Virus record (IMG/VR): IMGVR_UViG_3300032247_000762
Coordinates: 1 to 30,678 of that record
Length of the DNA stretch: 30,678 bases
Reading direction: 5' to 3' (one strand)
From: a virus
Lineage: Duplodnaviria > Caudoviricetes
Shown here in pieces: positions 1 through 8,655 of this stretch. Numbering within the stretch: position 1 is the stretch's first letter; each line of letters opens with the position of its first letter. The notes below the pieces were generated by a model that made no database searches, was not told the DNA's origin, and saw only the letters and a list, made by a program, of their open reading frames with translations. Made by a program: the position numbers and the translations under genes.

Positions 1-504
1 GCTATTACCGAGCGTTTTGCGAGCCTCCTGAGCCCACACCTCATCCCCGCATTTAGGGCTCCCGAAGGTTGTTAGATTGCCGCTTTCTTGGTCTAAGGCT
101 AGATAGGTGGCTAATGACGCGCCTAAGGAATGCCCCGTAAAGGCTGTTTCTTTGCCTTTTAAACGACTTTGCCAATCAGAACGACCATCGCTATCTATCA
201 AACTGTTGTAGAGCTCTATAAAGCCCTGATGTACCCTGCCTATTCCTTTAGGTATGAGGGCTATCTCAGCATCCTGATACCATTCAGACCAGCTTGTCGT
301 GCCCCTAAAGGCCACCACTTGCTCATCGTCCTTGCTAACCACTATGCCAAAGGGTCTCTTGCCGTCCAAGTCCTGCCCAAACAGCATTGTATCCAGCTTC
401 CAGCCCTCAGGCAAAGCCATGTTGTCTGCTGTGTACTTAACTAGATTAACCGTGTGATAGGCTATCTGTATAAGCCCAGCTAGGTCTTTACTCTTTATCG
501 TCAC
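1..504 (-). CDS. Class 3 lipase (alpha/beta hydrolase), 3'-truncated by window edge; not in ORF track
   Basis: Manual translation from GTG at 504 (preceded by AAGGAG) is open to base 1. It contains VVAFRGTTSWSEWYQD, GRVHQGFIELY, FTGHSLGASLA (GxSxG nucleophile, 121-135) and TTFGSPKCGD, the ordered hallmark motifs of Lipase_3 enzymes. Confidence 0.9.
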   Translation of the reverse strand, partial: MTIKSKDLAGLIQIAYHTVNLVKYTADNMALPEGWKLDTMLFGQDLDGKRPFGIVVSKDDEQVVAFRGTTSWSEWYQDAEIALIPKGIGRVHQGFIELYNSLIDSDGRSDWQSRLKGKETAFTGHSLGASLATYLALDQESGNLTTFGSPKCGDEVWAQEARKTLGNS

Positions 505-613
505 AGAACTCCTTATTAAACCACATGTTTAAAAGGGAGAGCAGCACGTAGCTTATTGCAAGAATGGCAATAAACCCAGCCGCAGCAAAGAATATCCAAG
601 TGGCCCAGCTCAT
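488..613 (-). CDS. Small single-pass membrane protein (41 aa); not in ORF track
   Basis: MSWATWIFFAAAGFIAILAISYVLLSLLNMWFNKEFCDDKE. The ATG overlaps the upstream TGA (ATGA). One hydrophobic helix and a charged tail. Confidence 0.7.
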   Translation of the reverse strand: MSWATWIFFAAAGFIAILAISYVLLSLLNMWFNKEFCDDKE

Positions 614-924
614 TTGGTTGGGACTATTAAAGGAGGATTGGTTCCTGTTGTAACACTAGAAGCCGAGAATGACCAATTAGTACCAATGAATGGAATACCA
701 ATCGTGGCCTTAACATTCAATACTGAGAACCCTGTGCTGTTCCAAGCAACCCCTGTAGCACTCTCTGAATGGCTGTAGAAGGGAGTTGTTGTGCTTTGAG
801 TGATGTCCGCCGCAGACACGCTCATTGCCGCAACCTGGGACACAAAGGAAGAAGCATTCTTCGTAGCTGTGGTCGTACAACCACTAAGAGCTAGGAGGGA
901 CAGAGGAAGTAATAGGCGTTTCAT
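610..924 (-). CDS. Predicted lipoprotein (104 aa), possibly lysis/outer-membrane accessory
   Basis: Start re-called at ATG 924: MKRLLLPLSLLALSGC is a type II signal peptide with lipobox LSGC. The mature part is Ser/Thr-rich and beta-like. Confidence 0.7.
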   Translation of the reverse strand: MKRLLLPLSLLALSGCTTTATKNASSFVSQVAAMSVSAADITQSTTTPFYSHSESATGVAWNSTGFSVLNVKATIGIPFIGTNWSFSASSVTTGTNPPLIVPTK

Positions 925-1123
925 AAGATGGATATTTCTGGAGATAGGCTGCAAACACTGTACCAGCCGCAGCAATAAACTCTGCCATACTCACCGCCCA
1001 ATCAAGCCAATTCATACTAGCCACCTGTTGATGGGTCACTCCTTTAAACTGTTGTGCAAACGCATCTGCTAGAGCCATAGCCACTAAGCAATAACCTACA
1101 GAATGTTTTTGTAGATGGTTCAT
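884..1123 (-). CDS. Small membrane protein, holin-like
   Basis: 79 aa with two moderately hydrophobic segments (SVGYCLVAMALADAFA; WAVSMAEFIAAAGTVFAAYL). It lies right after the fibre genes and has an ATGA overlap. Confidence 0.5.
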   Translation of the reverse strand: MNHLQKHSVGYCLVAMALADAFAQQFKGVTHQQVASMNWLDWAVSMAEFIAAAGTVFAAYLQKYPSYETPITSSVPPSS

Positions 1124-1461
1124 GGAGCTACATTGTTTGTTGTTACAGCAGCATTATTACTAGTGAATGTAACAGGTGTAGGATCTTCTAAAGTAAAAAC
1201 ACTTGGAGCTGTATAAGCAACAACAGGAGCTTGAAAGGTGTTGGTAGCAGCATCGTAAGTCCAACCTATCTGTGCATTCAAAGCTGGTACGCAATTTACT
1301 ACGTTGGGATAAACTTGTTGTATTGCCTTAGGATAAGTTGAGGCAATTTCTGGTGTAGCAACAAAAAGTTGTATTATTACACCACGAGAATCTAGTAGCG
1401 CGTAGTTAGATACTTGGCTGTAAGCACTAACTGTTAAAAATAGAAACAGTAAATATTTCAT
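1120..1461 (-). CDS. Small fibre-associated protein with N-terminal signal peptide
   Basis: MKYLLFLFLTVSAYS|QV signal peptide. The core NYALLDSRGVIIQLFVA...AQIGWTYDAATNTFQAP resembles the small proteins that follow glycine-rich-domain phage fibres. TAATG overlap with the fibre gene. Confidence 0.65.
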   Translation of the reverse strand: MKYLLFLFLTVSAYSQVSNYALLDSRGVIIQLFVATPEIASTYPKAIQQVYPNVVNCVPALNAQIGWTYDAATNTFQAPVVAYTAPSVFTLEDPTPVTFTSNNAAVTTNNVAP

Positions 1462-4400
1462 TAGAATGTGATAGTTCCGCTAGCTGTGAATATGTAAACT
1501 GTATTACTTCCATTAGTTACAACCGTAGGACTTCCTGTTGTTGAAGCTGCTGTATAAAGACTAGAAATAATTACAACGCCACTACCTCCGTTTCCACCTA
1601 CGTTTGTTGCGTCAGTGCCACTGCCCCAACCGCCTCCTCCGCCCCCGCCTCCTGAGTTGGTCAATCCGTTAGTGCCAGGAGCAGTTCTACCTAATCCACT
1701 TGCACCGCCACCGCCATTGCCACCTACTGCATTTGTGTTATTTCCTGAGCCACCACCTCCGCCCGAGTAATAAACTGAACTGCTTATAACCTGACCAATG
1801 CTATAAGTTGTAGCTTGTGAAGCTAGAATTAAAGAATTAGTTGAGCCGTTACCACCAGCGCCTGGCGTTTCTGTTCCAGTGGTGTTACTTCCACCAACTT
1901 GGCTTGCACCACCGCCACCTGCTGCACCAGCGTTACTAGAATACGGAACTGTACCCCCGTTATTTCCTTGCCCAGTTATGCCAGTTGCTGGAGATGAACT
2001 ACTAGAATCTTTACCGTACCCACCGCCAGAACCACCATTGCCTGGTGTCTGTGCTGGGGCACTAGTATAAGTTGCACCACCGCCACCGCCAGTGGCTGTT
2101 ATCGTTGTTAAACCTGTACCAGCAATAGAACTATTACTGCCGTTAGATCCGTTATTACCTTGATTTCGATTTGCTGCTGCACCTGAGCCACCAGGTCCAA
2201 CAGTGACTGTGTATGTAACAGTTTTATTAACAGTAAATGTGCTTGCTAACATACCGCCTGCACCACCACCGCCGCCTCCAGGACCACCTCCGCCACCACC
2301 ACCTGCAACTACAAGATAGTTAGCAGTAAAAGATGAAGGTGGAATAAAATAGTTTTGATTAGGTATTCCATAATAGCTTCCACCAATGTATCTTATTGTA
2401 TAACTATCAATAGCATTTGTTGTAGTCGATGTTGACATAACAGGAGTAAGCCCACCAGACCAATACATCGTACTAGGCCAAGTTACGGTATAGCTTGTAG
2501 CATTATTGGTTAAAAATGCTGTTATAGTTTGACCTTCGTTAGCATTATTAAAACTCACTGTAGCGTTAGCATTTAATACAGTTCTTTGTATAGGAGCTGC
2601 TGCCCAATTCAAAGTGATAGCTCCTGATGATTCCGTAACAACCAACGATCCTGGTTGTAAATTAACAACTGCTTGATTGGCTGTTGTAGCTCCTGTACCA
2701 CCGTTAGCTATTGTCGTTACTCCACCACCTCCAGAAGCATTAATAGTAACACTGCCTGTAGCTGCATTTACTGTTACACCAGAACCAGCTATAATAGATG
2801 TAACGCCTGAATTGGTTATTGTTTGATTAGGAAAAGATCCGCTAAGAGTTATACCTGTTCCCGCTACAGATGCTGGCGTAGATGTACCTGTTCCTCCGTT
2901 TGCTACGTTCAATATACCAGCAAGTGTTATGTTGCCTGTTGTTGTCACTGGGCCGCCAGACGTTGTAAGACCTGTTGTTCCGCCAAGGACATTAACGCTG
3001 CTCACTGTACCGCTTCCTATAGCTGTGCTGTTAATAGTAACCGATCCTGTTGAGGCATTAACTGTTACGCCTGTACCCGCGACAATGGATGTTACACCAG
3101 CGTTTGTTAATGTCGTAGATCCACCTAATGCAACACTACCTCCGCCAGAAAGCCCAGTACCTGCTGTAACCGTAATGCTACTATTAGTTAGCTGAGCATT
3201 AGTTATTGTACCAGAAAGAGCTGTTGTAGGAATGGTTGTTGATCCCGTTACAGCACTTGCTCCATTAGCGTACATGTAACCTGTAATACCGTTGTCTGTA
3301 ATACTTCCTGTTGTAACGCTTGATGGAGTAATAGCGCCAAGATTTAAGCTGATAGCAGGAGTTGTTGTAGAATTAGTTACAGATGTTCCTATGCCGTTAG
3401 ATCCTGTAACTGTTACATTAGTAACTGATCCACCAGCAGAAGTGCTGGCTAATGTACCCGCCGTAAAAGAAAGCCCACTTCCTACAGTGACTGGATTAAA
3501 TCCGCCAGAACCATTGCCGTAAAGGATATTGGTAGTGCTTGTGGCTGGAGCGTAGTCTGTACCGCTAGATGCTATTGCGAGCGTGTTAGCTGCCGTACGT
3601 TTGACTATTCCTGTCGTAGACAAGCCAGTAATAGTATCCTGTGAAATAGAACCTCCTAAAGCCGTAGAGGTGCCAGCAATAGTTATGCTATTGTTAGTAA
3701 GCTGACTGTTAGTTATACCAGAAAGCGTACCACCTAATGTTATTGTACCACTGCTAGTTATGGGCCCGCCTGTTAATGTGATGCCATTTACGCTACCAGT
3801 TGTACCTACAGACGTCACTGTACTTGTAGCATTAATAGTTACGCTGCCTGTAGAAGCATTAACAGTGACGCCGCTACCAGCTACAATGTTTGTAACACCA
3901 GAGTTAGTAAGGGTTGTTGTACCACCTAAAGACACTGTACCACCACCTGATAAACCACTTCCTGCCGTGACAGTTATAGAGCTGTTTGTAAGTTGTGCGT
4001 TAGTTACAGTTCCAGACAAAGCCGTAGTAGGTATTGTACTAGATGCCGTTACTTGACTACTACCATTGGCATACATGTAGCCTGTGTTGCCCGTAACAGT
4101 AAGACTTGGCACAGACGTAGGACCAGCAAAGAAATTGCTATCACCAGTACCAGCCTGATAGATAGCATATTTGTTAGTACCAGCTAATAGAGCTTCTATG
4201 TACAACTGGTAAGAGTTGGCTGGAGGCGTACCAGTCATTGAACCATGTCCTAAAAAAAGATTGTAATAAGTAATTCCTGTATAGCTGCCATCAAAGACAC
4301 CGCTTTGGAAATACCCATTTGTATATGATTGATTATTACCAGTGACATTCCAAAAACCTACAACCTCAAGTCCGTCTTGTCCTCCTGCTGTTGGTTGAAA

Positions 4401-5603
4401 ATAATCAAGCAAACCCACGTTTGCATCAGCAGCTATACCAAGTCCCATTCTAGCAAACTGAGGAGTGGAGCTTGTAGCTATAGACTGCGGCGTAGAAAGC
4501 GTTACAGCACCTGTAGAAGCAGAAGCTATTATTTGATTGGTTGTACCAGTGATGCTGCTAACACCGCCTGTTGCTGTTGAATTAATTGTTACAGAACCTG
4601 TAGATGCATTAACTGTTATACCCGTACCAGCCACTATGTTAGTTACGCCAGCATTAGTTAGCGTTGTGCTACCACCAAGAGCGACAGATCCACCCCCTGA
4701 TAGTCCACTACCAGCCGTCACTGTAATAGAGTTGTTAGTTAATTGACTGTTAGATATGCCAGACAAAGTTCCACCAAGCGTTAGACTACCAGAGCTAGTG
4801 ACGTTGCCTGTAAGTGTTATTCCGTTAACAGAGCCTGTTCCTGCTACGCTAGTAACTGTTCCAGCGTTAAGCGTAGGCTTGCCTATTAAGTCGTTATAAT
4901 TGCCTGTAGTAGCCACTGTAGCTAGTCCTGAGACATTAGCTGCTGGTATTGTTGTGCTAGCTGTTACGTTGCTTGCGCCGTTACCAAATAGATAGCCCGT
5001 AAGATTGGAAGTACGTAAAGCCCCAACAGTTTCTAAACCACTTGTAGTAACAGAGCTAGGGGTAATAGCTCCAAGATTAAGCGTTATAACAGGCGTTGTA
5101 TTAGGCGTAGTAACCACTGCACCTATACCATTTTGACCTACAGCAGACACGTTAGTTACCGTACCGCTGCTTGAGCCAGTAGCGTTAATCGTAATGTTAG
5201 ACTGAGTTCCCGAAACACTAATGCCGTTACCAGCTGTTATAGCTAATACACCAGAGTTGTTTAATGTCACCGTACCGCCGTTTATAGACTCAGTTATACC
5301 AGAGCCTGGGGTGATGGCTAATACGCCCGTATTACTAATTGTAACAGCTCCTGTGCTTTGGCTAACATTGATGCCAGCACCTGCCGTAATGGTAGATACG
5401 AACGCTAAGCTGCTAGGAAGTATCAACGTCACTTGGCTAAAGTCCCAAGTTGTTCCTGACTTACCGAGATAGTAGTTTATCCCTTGCGTACTAAACGTCC
5501 CCGTATTCATACCCCCTGATCCAGGGGATGGAATCACCGTGACATTCTGGCTTTGTCCAAACAAACAAACAGCAGTTAAAAGAAAAAGGAATAGACGTTT
5601 CAT
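1461..5603 (-). CDS. Long Gly/Thr/Ser-rich tail-fibre-like protein (~1380 aa) with C-terminal glycine-rich domain and N-terminal signal peptide
   Basis: Start re-called at ATG 5603 (4 nt after the upstream stop): MKRLFLFLLTAVCLFG|QSQ. It has many GVTxIxAGxGITV repeats, an ITLNW...TVTWPSTMYWSGG..P domain, and a C-terminal YLVVAGGGGGG...GGAGG...GGSGVVII...YIFTASGTITF glycine-rich domain typical of phage fibres. Confidence 0.8.
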   Translation of the reverse strand: MKRLFLFLLTAVCLFGQSQNVTVIPSPGSGGMNTGTFSTQGINYYLGKSGTTWDFSQVTLILPSSLAFVSTITAGAGINVSQSTGAVTISNTGVLAITPGSGITESINGGTVTLNNSGVLAITAGNGISVSGTQSNITINATGSSSGTVTNVSAVGQNGIGAVVTTPNTTPVITLNLGAITPSSVTTSGLETVGALRTSNLTGYLFGNGASNVTASTTIPAANVSGLATVATTGNYNDLIGKPTLNAGTVTSVAGTGSVNGITLTGNVTSSGSLTLGGTLSGISNSQLTNNSITVTAGSGLSGGGSVALGGSTTLTNAGVTNIVAGTGITVNASTGSVTINSTATGGVSSITGTTNQIIASASTGAVTLSTPQSIATSSTPQFARMGLGIAADANVGLLDYFQPTAGGQDGLEVVGFWNVTGNNQSYTNGYFQSGVFDGSYTGITYYNLFLGHGSMTGTPPANSYQLYIEALLAGTNKYAIYQAGTGDSNFFAGPTSVPSLTVTGNTGYMYANGSSQVTASSTIPTTALSGTVTNAQLTNSSITVTAGSGLSGGGTVSLGGTTTLTNSGVTNIVAGSGVTVNASTGSVTINATSTVTSVGTTGSVNGITLTGGPITSSGTITLGGTLSGITNSQLTNNSITIAGTSTALGGSISQDTITGLSTTGIVKRTAANTLAIASSGTDYAPATSTTNILYGNGSGGFNPVTVGSGLSFTAGTLASTSAGGSVTNVTVTGSNGIGTSVTNSTTTPAISLNLGAITPSSVTTGSITDNGITGYMYANGASAVTGSTTIPTTALSGTITNAQLTNSSITVTAGTGLSGGGSVALGGSTTLTNAGVTSIVAGTGVTVNASTGSVTINSTAIGSGTVSSVNVLGGTTGLTTSGGPVTTTGNITLAGILNVANGGTGTSTPASVAGTGITLSGSFPNQTITNSGVTSIIAGSGVTVNAATGSVTINASGGGGVTTIANGGTGATTANQAVVNLQPGSLVVTESSGAITLNWAAAPIQRTVLNANATVSFNNANEGQTITAFLTNNATSYTVTWPSTMYWSGGLTPVMSTSTTTNAIDSYTIRYIGGSYYGIPNQNYFIPPSSFTANYLVVAGGGGGGGPGGGGGGAGGMLASTFTVNKTVTYTVTVGPGGSGAAANRNQGNNGSNGSNSSIAGTGLTTITATGGGGGATYTSAPAQTPGNGGSGGGYGKDSSSSSPATGITGQGNNGGTVPYSSNAGAAGGGGASQVGGSNTTGTETPGAGGNGSTNSLILASQATTYSIGQVISSSVYYSGGGGGSGNNTNAVGGNGGGGASGLGRTAPGTNGLTNSGGGGGGGGWGSGTDATNVGGNGGSGVVIISSLYTAASTTGSPTVVTNGSNTVYIFTASGTITF
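3025..4765 (-). repeat. Three diverged copies of a ~60-aa stalk repeat within the long fibre
   Basis: NxQLTNxSITVTAGxGLSGGGxVxLGGxTTLTNxGVTxIVAGxGxTVNASTGSVTIN occurs at ~4575-4765, ~3825-4020 and ~3025-3220. The DNA copies differ mostly at synonymous sites. Confidence 0.85.
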
Positions 5604-5607
5604 AAAA

Positions 5608-7956
5608 TTAGGATTTGATTTCCATACAGAAGAATGACCCATAGCTTGAACGGACGTTAAGAGCCCCGCCACTGTCTTGTGTTGCTGTAACATAAAAACT
5701 TGTAGGGTTACTCATAGAAGCTAAATCAATCATACAACTTAGCGTAGAATTATAATCAGAAGCAAAGTCTGCTGTAGTTGCACCAGGTATTAAGTTACCT
5801 CCGTAAGTATTACCGTTATTATCCTTAATCTTAATTTGCCTGTATCCTGTAGCGTTAGGATCCCAGTTGATGGACGCTGTTAGTTGCACACGTTTAATGC
5901 CTACATTGTAAGGCACAGTTATTAAAGTTGGGCTAGAACTAGACCAAAAGCTACCGTCATTATAAATAGATCTATTCCATGAAACAGTTGTTTCTGAATT
6001 ATTAGGTATAGCGTTACCTGTGCCGCCAGAGTTTTGCTGTGTTACGTTAACACCTTTTGCTACCCAGTAATCAGTAGAATTACTGCTGCCGTAATCCATG
6101 TATGGAGTTGTTGTGTCATGGAATACGTTGGCTTTAGTAACAATATTATTTGTACCAGCACCTAAATAAACACATTGGTTTAAGGAGTATTGAAAAGTGT
6201 TACCTGTTATACTTCCTCTTTGAGCATAAGGTAAATGAATGCCATCATATAAAGTATTTGCAACATTACCTACGAATGTAAAATCACTTAACCAACCAGC
6301 TGTAGTAGATGAACCACTTTGAGTTACCAGACTCATCGTGCTGGTTGCTGCTGCTGGAGGACTCCAAGCCATCTCATTATTATTTATTAAAACATTAAGT
6401 AGGTAATCCGATGCAGTATTATTTACTAACAATATTGCGCTAGTTAACACATACTCCATGTGGTTATACATTATCCAATAATCTGATAATGAACCCTGAG
6501 ATGTACTATCTACAGTTATGTTTATGCAATAGTTGTTGTTATAAAAATAGTTATCAACAACAGTCATACCGTCGCTACCTAAAAATATAGCAGTGTTACC
6601 ATTAGTGTTTATGGTACACTCTTTAATCATTCCAGCAGACACATCAGGCCAGCTAGGATTTTGTACGCTTATACCAATAGTCGCTGTACCTATAGTGCAA
6701 TTAGATATTGTTGTATCATATATATTTAAATTAAAACCCTTAGCCATAGTGCCACTGGTTTGAACATTAAATATAACTGAGTTGCTATTAAACGCTGCAC
6801 GATAACCTCCACTAGGATAACTTATATCAAGACCGTTGCCTGATGTTGAAGTATTTGTCGTAAGTTGCAGATGTTCTATAATACACTGTGATGGCGTCTG
6901 TATAGTTAATACGTTATGGGTTGTATCGTACTGTTTAATTATAGAAAGATTAACTCCATCACCACGCACATGACATGGTACAGTTATAATTGTTAACGAT
7001 GTTGTAGCACCAGATCCTATCTTGTACGTGCCTTTAGGAAAATATAGTTCTCCACCACCAGCCGTATTGAGTGCTGCTATAGCTGAATTGATACTAGTTG
7101 TGTCATCGGTTGATCCATTGCCTATAGCACCAAATGTTTGTACGTTAAAATGTTCTGTGTACCATCCTGCTGTAGATGTGCCGTACAACAGAGACTTACT
7201 TGTGCTACCGCCAGATGGCAATGTGCCAGATATAGTTGCGGAAGATAAAGCTGTTACACGACCCTTGGCGTCTATAGTCACAACTGGAGTCGTTGTTGAA
7301 CTACCTATTGGTCCAGCAGCTGTTACAATAGATGCTAACGTACCAGCAGCTGTAACATTAGAAGATCCATCAAATGATGGTGACGTATAGGCTAAATCTC
7401 CTGTAATGGCTATAGTTCTGCCTGTGGCTAGTTTTGTAGCCGTACCAGCATTGCCTGTAATGTTTGTTTGATCGCCTGTGTTAGTCCCAGAACTAGATCC
7501 AGAAATAGATGATGTTCCCGTAACCGATAACGTAGGCGTGCTACTACCTGATAACGTAATGCCATTAACAGAGGTTGGTGTTATAGCAGCTAGTCCCAAA
7601 GTAACAGCCCCAGTTGTAAGCGTTGATGGAGTAATACCACTAGTGCCAGTGATGCTAGATACGCCACTGCTAGTTGCTGTAACGCTAATAGTAACATCAC
7701 CTACGCCAGATGAAGGACTAAGTGTTACGTTACTTCCACCAGAGATTATCTTAGTTACACCAGCGTTAGCTATAGTACCAATTCCTGTAATAGGACTAGG
7801 TGTTAATGTTATACCTGTACCTTGATTAAGCTGTGTTACTGTACCTGTGCCCCCGCCGCCTGTCGTTGATGGAGTAAGGTTGGCGTTAGACAAAGCCCCA
7901 CCAGCAACAACGTCTTGCTTGTTGTACGCTAAATCAAAGTTGGAGGTAGAAGCCAT
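5608..7956 (-). CDS. Tailspike / putative polysaccharide depolymerase (pectate lyase-like beta-helix)
   Basis: FNVQTFGAIGNGSTDDTTSINSAIAAL...GGGELYFPKGTYKI is the Pectate_lyase_3 N-terminal motif, followed by Asn-rich beta-helix repeats. The N-terminal stalk has the fibre motifs GNAGTATKLATGRTI...FDGSSNV and VTIDAKGRVT. Confidence 0.85.
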   Translation of the reverse strand: MASTSNFDLAYNKQDVVAGGALSNANLTPSTTGGGGTGTVTQLNQGTGITLTPSPITGIGTIANAGVTKIISGGSNVTLSPSSGVGDVTISVTATSSGVSSITGTSGITPSTLTTGAVTLGLAAITPTSVNGITLSGSSTPTLSVTGTSSISGSSSGTNTGDQTNITGNAGTATKLATGRTIAITGDLAYTSPSFDGSSNVTAAGTLASIVTAAGPIGSSTTTPVVTIDAKGRVTALSSATISGTLPSGGSTSKSLLYGTSTAGWYTEHFNVQTFGAIGNGSTDDTTSINSAIAALNTAGGGELYFPKGTYKIGSGATTSLTIITVPCHVRGDGVNLSIIKQYDTTHNVLTIQTPSQCIIEHLQLTTNTSTSGNGLDISYPSGGYRAAFNSNSVIFNVQTSGTMAKGFNLNIYDTTISNCTIGTATIGISVQNPSWPDVSAGMIKECTINTNGNTAIFLGSDGMTVVDNYFYNNNYCINITVDSTSQGSLSDYWIMYNHMEYVLTSAILLVNNTASDYLLNVLINNNEMAWSPPAAATSTMSLVTQSGSSTTAGWLSDFTFVGNVANTLYDGIHLPYAQRGSITGNTFQYSLNQCVYLGAGTNNIVTKANVFHDTTTPYMDYGSSNSTDYWVAKGVNVTQQNSGGTGNAIPNNSETTVSWNRSIYNDGSFWSSSSPTLITVPYNVGIKRVQLTASINWDPNATGYRQIKIKDNNGNTYGGNLIPGATTADFASDYNSTLSCMIDLASMSNPTSFYVTATQDSGGALNVRSSYGSFFCMEIKS

Positions 7957-7963
7957 GGTAGCA

Positions 7964-8653
7964 TTAAGCTACTCTAACCCATATTAGGTTCTGACCAGAT
8001 GTTTGATACAAAGGTAGAACGTAAATACCAGGACTGCTTATGTAGCCACTTGTGTTTACTATTAGCTTCCAGAACTGAATAGCATTACTAGCTCCAGCAT
8101 AAGTAATAGTTGTGCAGATGATAAGCTGGTTATAATAGTTACTGTTAATACCTGTAACGCTTAAGCTGTTAAGGGATGTTGTTGTTCCCGTGGTTGCTGG
8201 CGTACCAGTTTCAGTAGTAATCCATGGCAGCATGATGATTTGCGGCCCACCAGTGATAACAGGAAATGGATTGTAATAACTATTATTAAGCTGCTGGGTG
8301 ATAGTAGTAAGCCTGTCGTCATCCTGCTCTATCATTAACGGCGTTAGAATGCCCGTAGAACTGAAAGTAGTAGTCTGGGTAAGGGGTATACTGCGTTGAA
8401 TGGTTATGAGGTCACCAGTGGTAGGTGTATGGCTTCCTGTGCCTGTCCACGTAAGCGTGCCTGTTTGTAGCTGATTTACGGAATTGTACCCACCTCCACT
8501 AATCGTATAATCACTATTATACCCAAGAGTGATAGCTCCATCATTGACGAGCAAGTCAGGGTAGCCATTGGTATAGTTAAACGGAAAACTAATGGAGATA
8601 GGAACACCATTATAAATCGTGGTCTGTGTGGCTGTTGTACTTGTTACGCTCAT
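7964..8653 (-). CDS. T7 gp17-type tail fibre N-terminal (tail-attachment) domain protein; likely fibre/spike adaptor
   Basis: YNG...SFPFNY...DLLV...NSDYTISG.G...GTLT...ITIQRSIPLTQ...IEQDDDRLTTITQQL matches the podovirus fibre anchor domain. The protein is only 229 aa. Confidence 0.7.
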   Translation of the reverse strand: MSVTSTTATQTTIYNGVPISISFPFNYTNGYPDLLVNDGAITLGYNSDYTISGGGYNSVNQLQTGTLTWTGTGSHTPTTGDLITIQRSIPLTQTTTFSSTGILTPLMIEQDDDRLTTITQQLNNSYYNPFPVITGGPQIIMLPWITTETGTPATTGTTTSLNSLSVTGINSNYYNQLIICTTITYAGASNAIQFWKLIVNTSGYISSPGIYVLPLYQTSGQNLIWVRVA

Positions 8654-8655
8654 CG

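Noticed and set aside
1461-1520. C-terminal Phe suggesting an autotransporter beta-barrel, or a T9SS signal
   Set aside because: The C-terminus is the normal end of the glycine-rich domain. No barrel, YadA anchor or T9SS CTD motif is evident.
5604-5693. Track start of the 1410-aa ORF, or a +1 frameshift fusing tailspike to fibre at TTT-TAT
   Set aside because: It overlaps the tailspike C-terminus by 86 nt. ATG 5603 sits 4 nt after the stop and gives a clean signal peptide. There is no canonical slippery site or stimulator, though a frameshift is not formally excluded.
1461-7956. Diversity-generating retroelement or invertible fibre cassette
   Set aside because: There is no reverse transcriptase, invertase or near-identical non-coding template repeat in the window. 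The repeats differ at synonymous sites rather than only at adenines.
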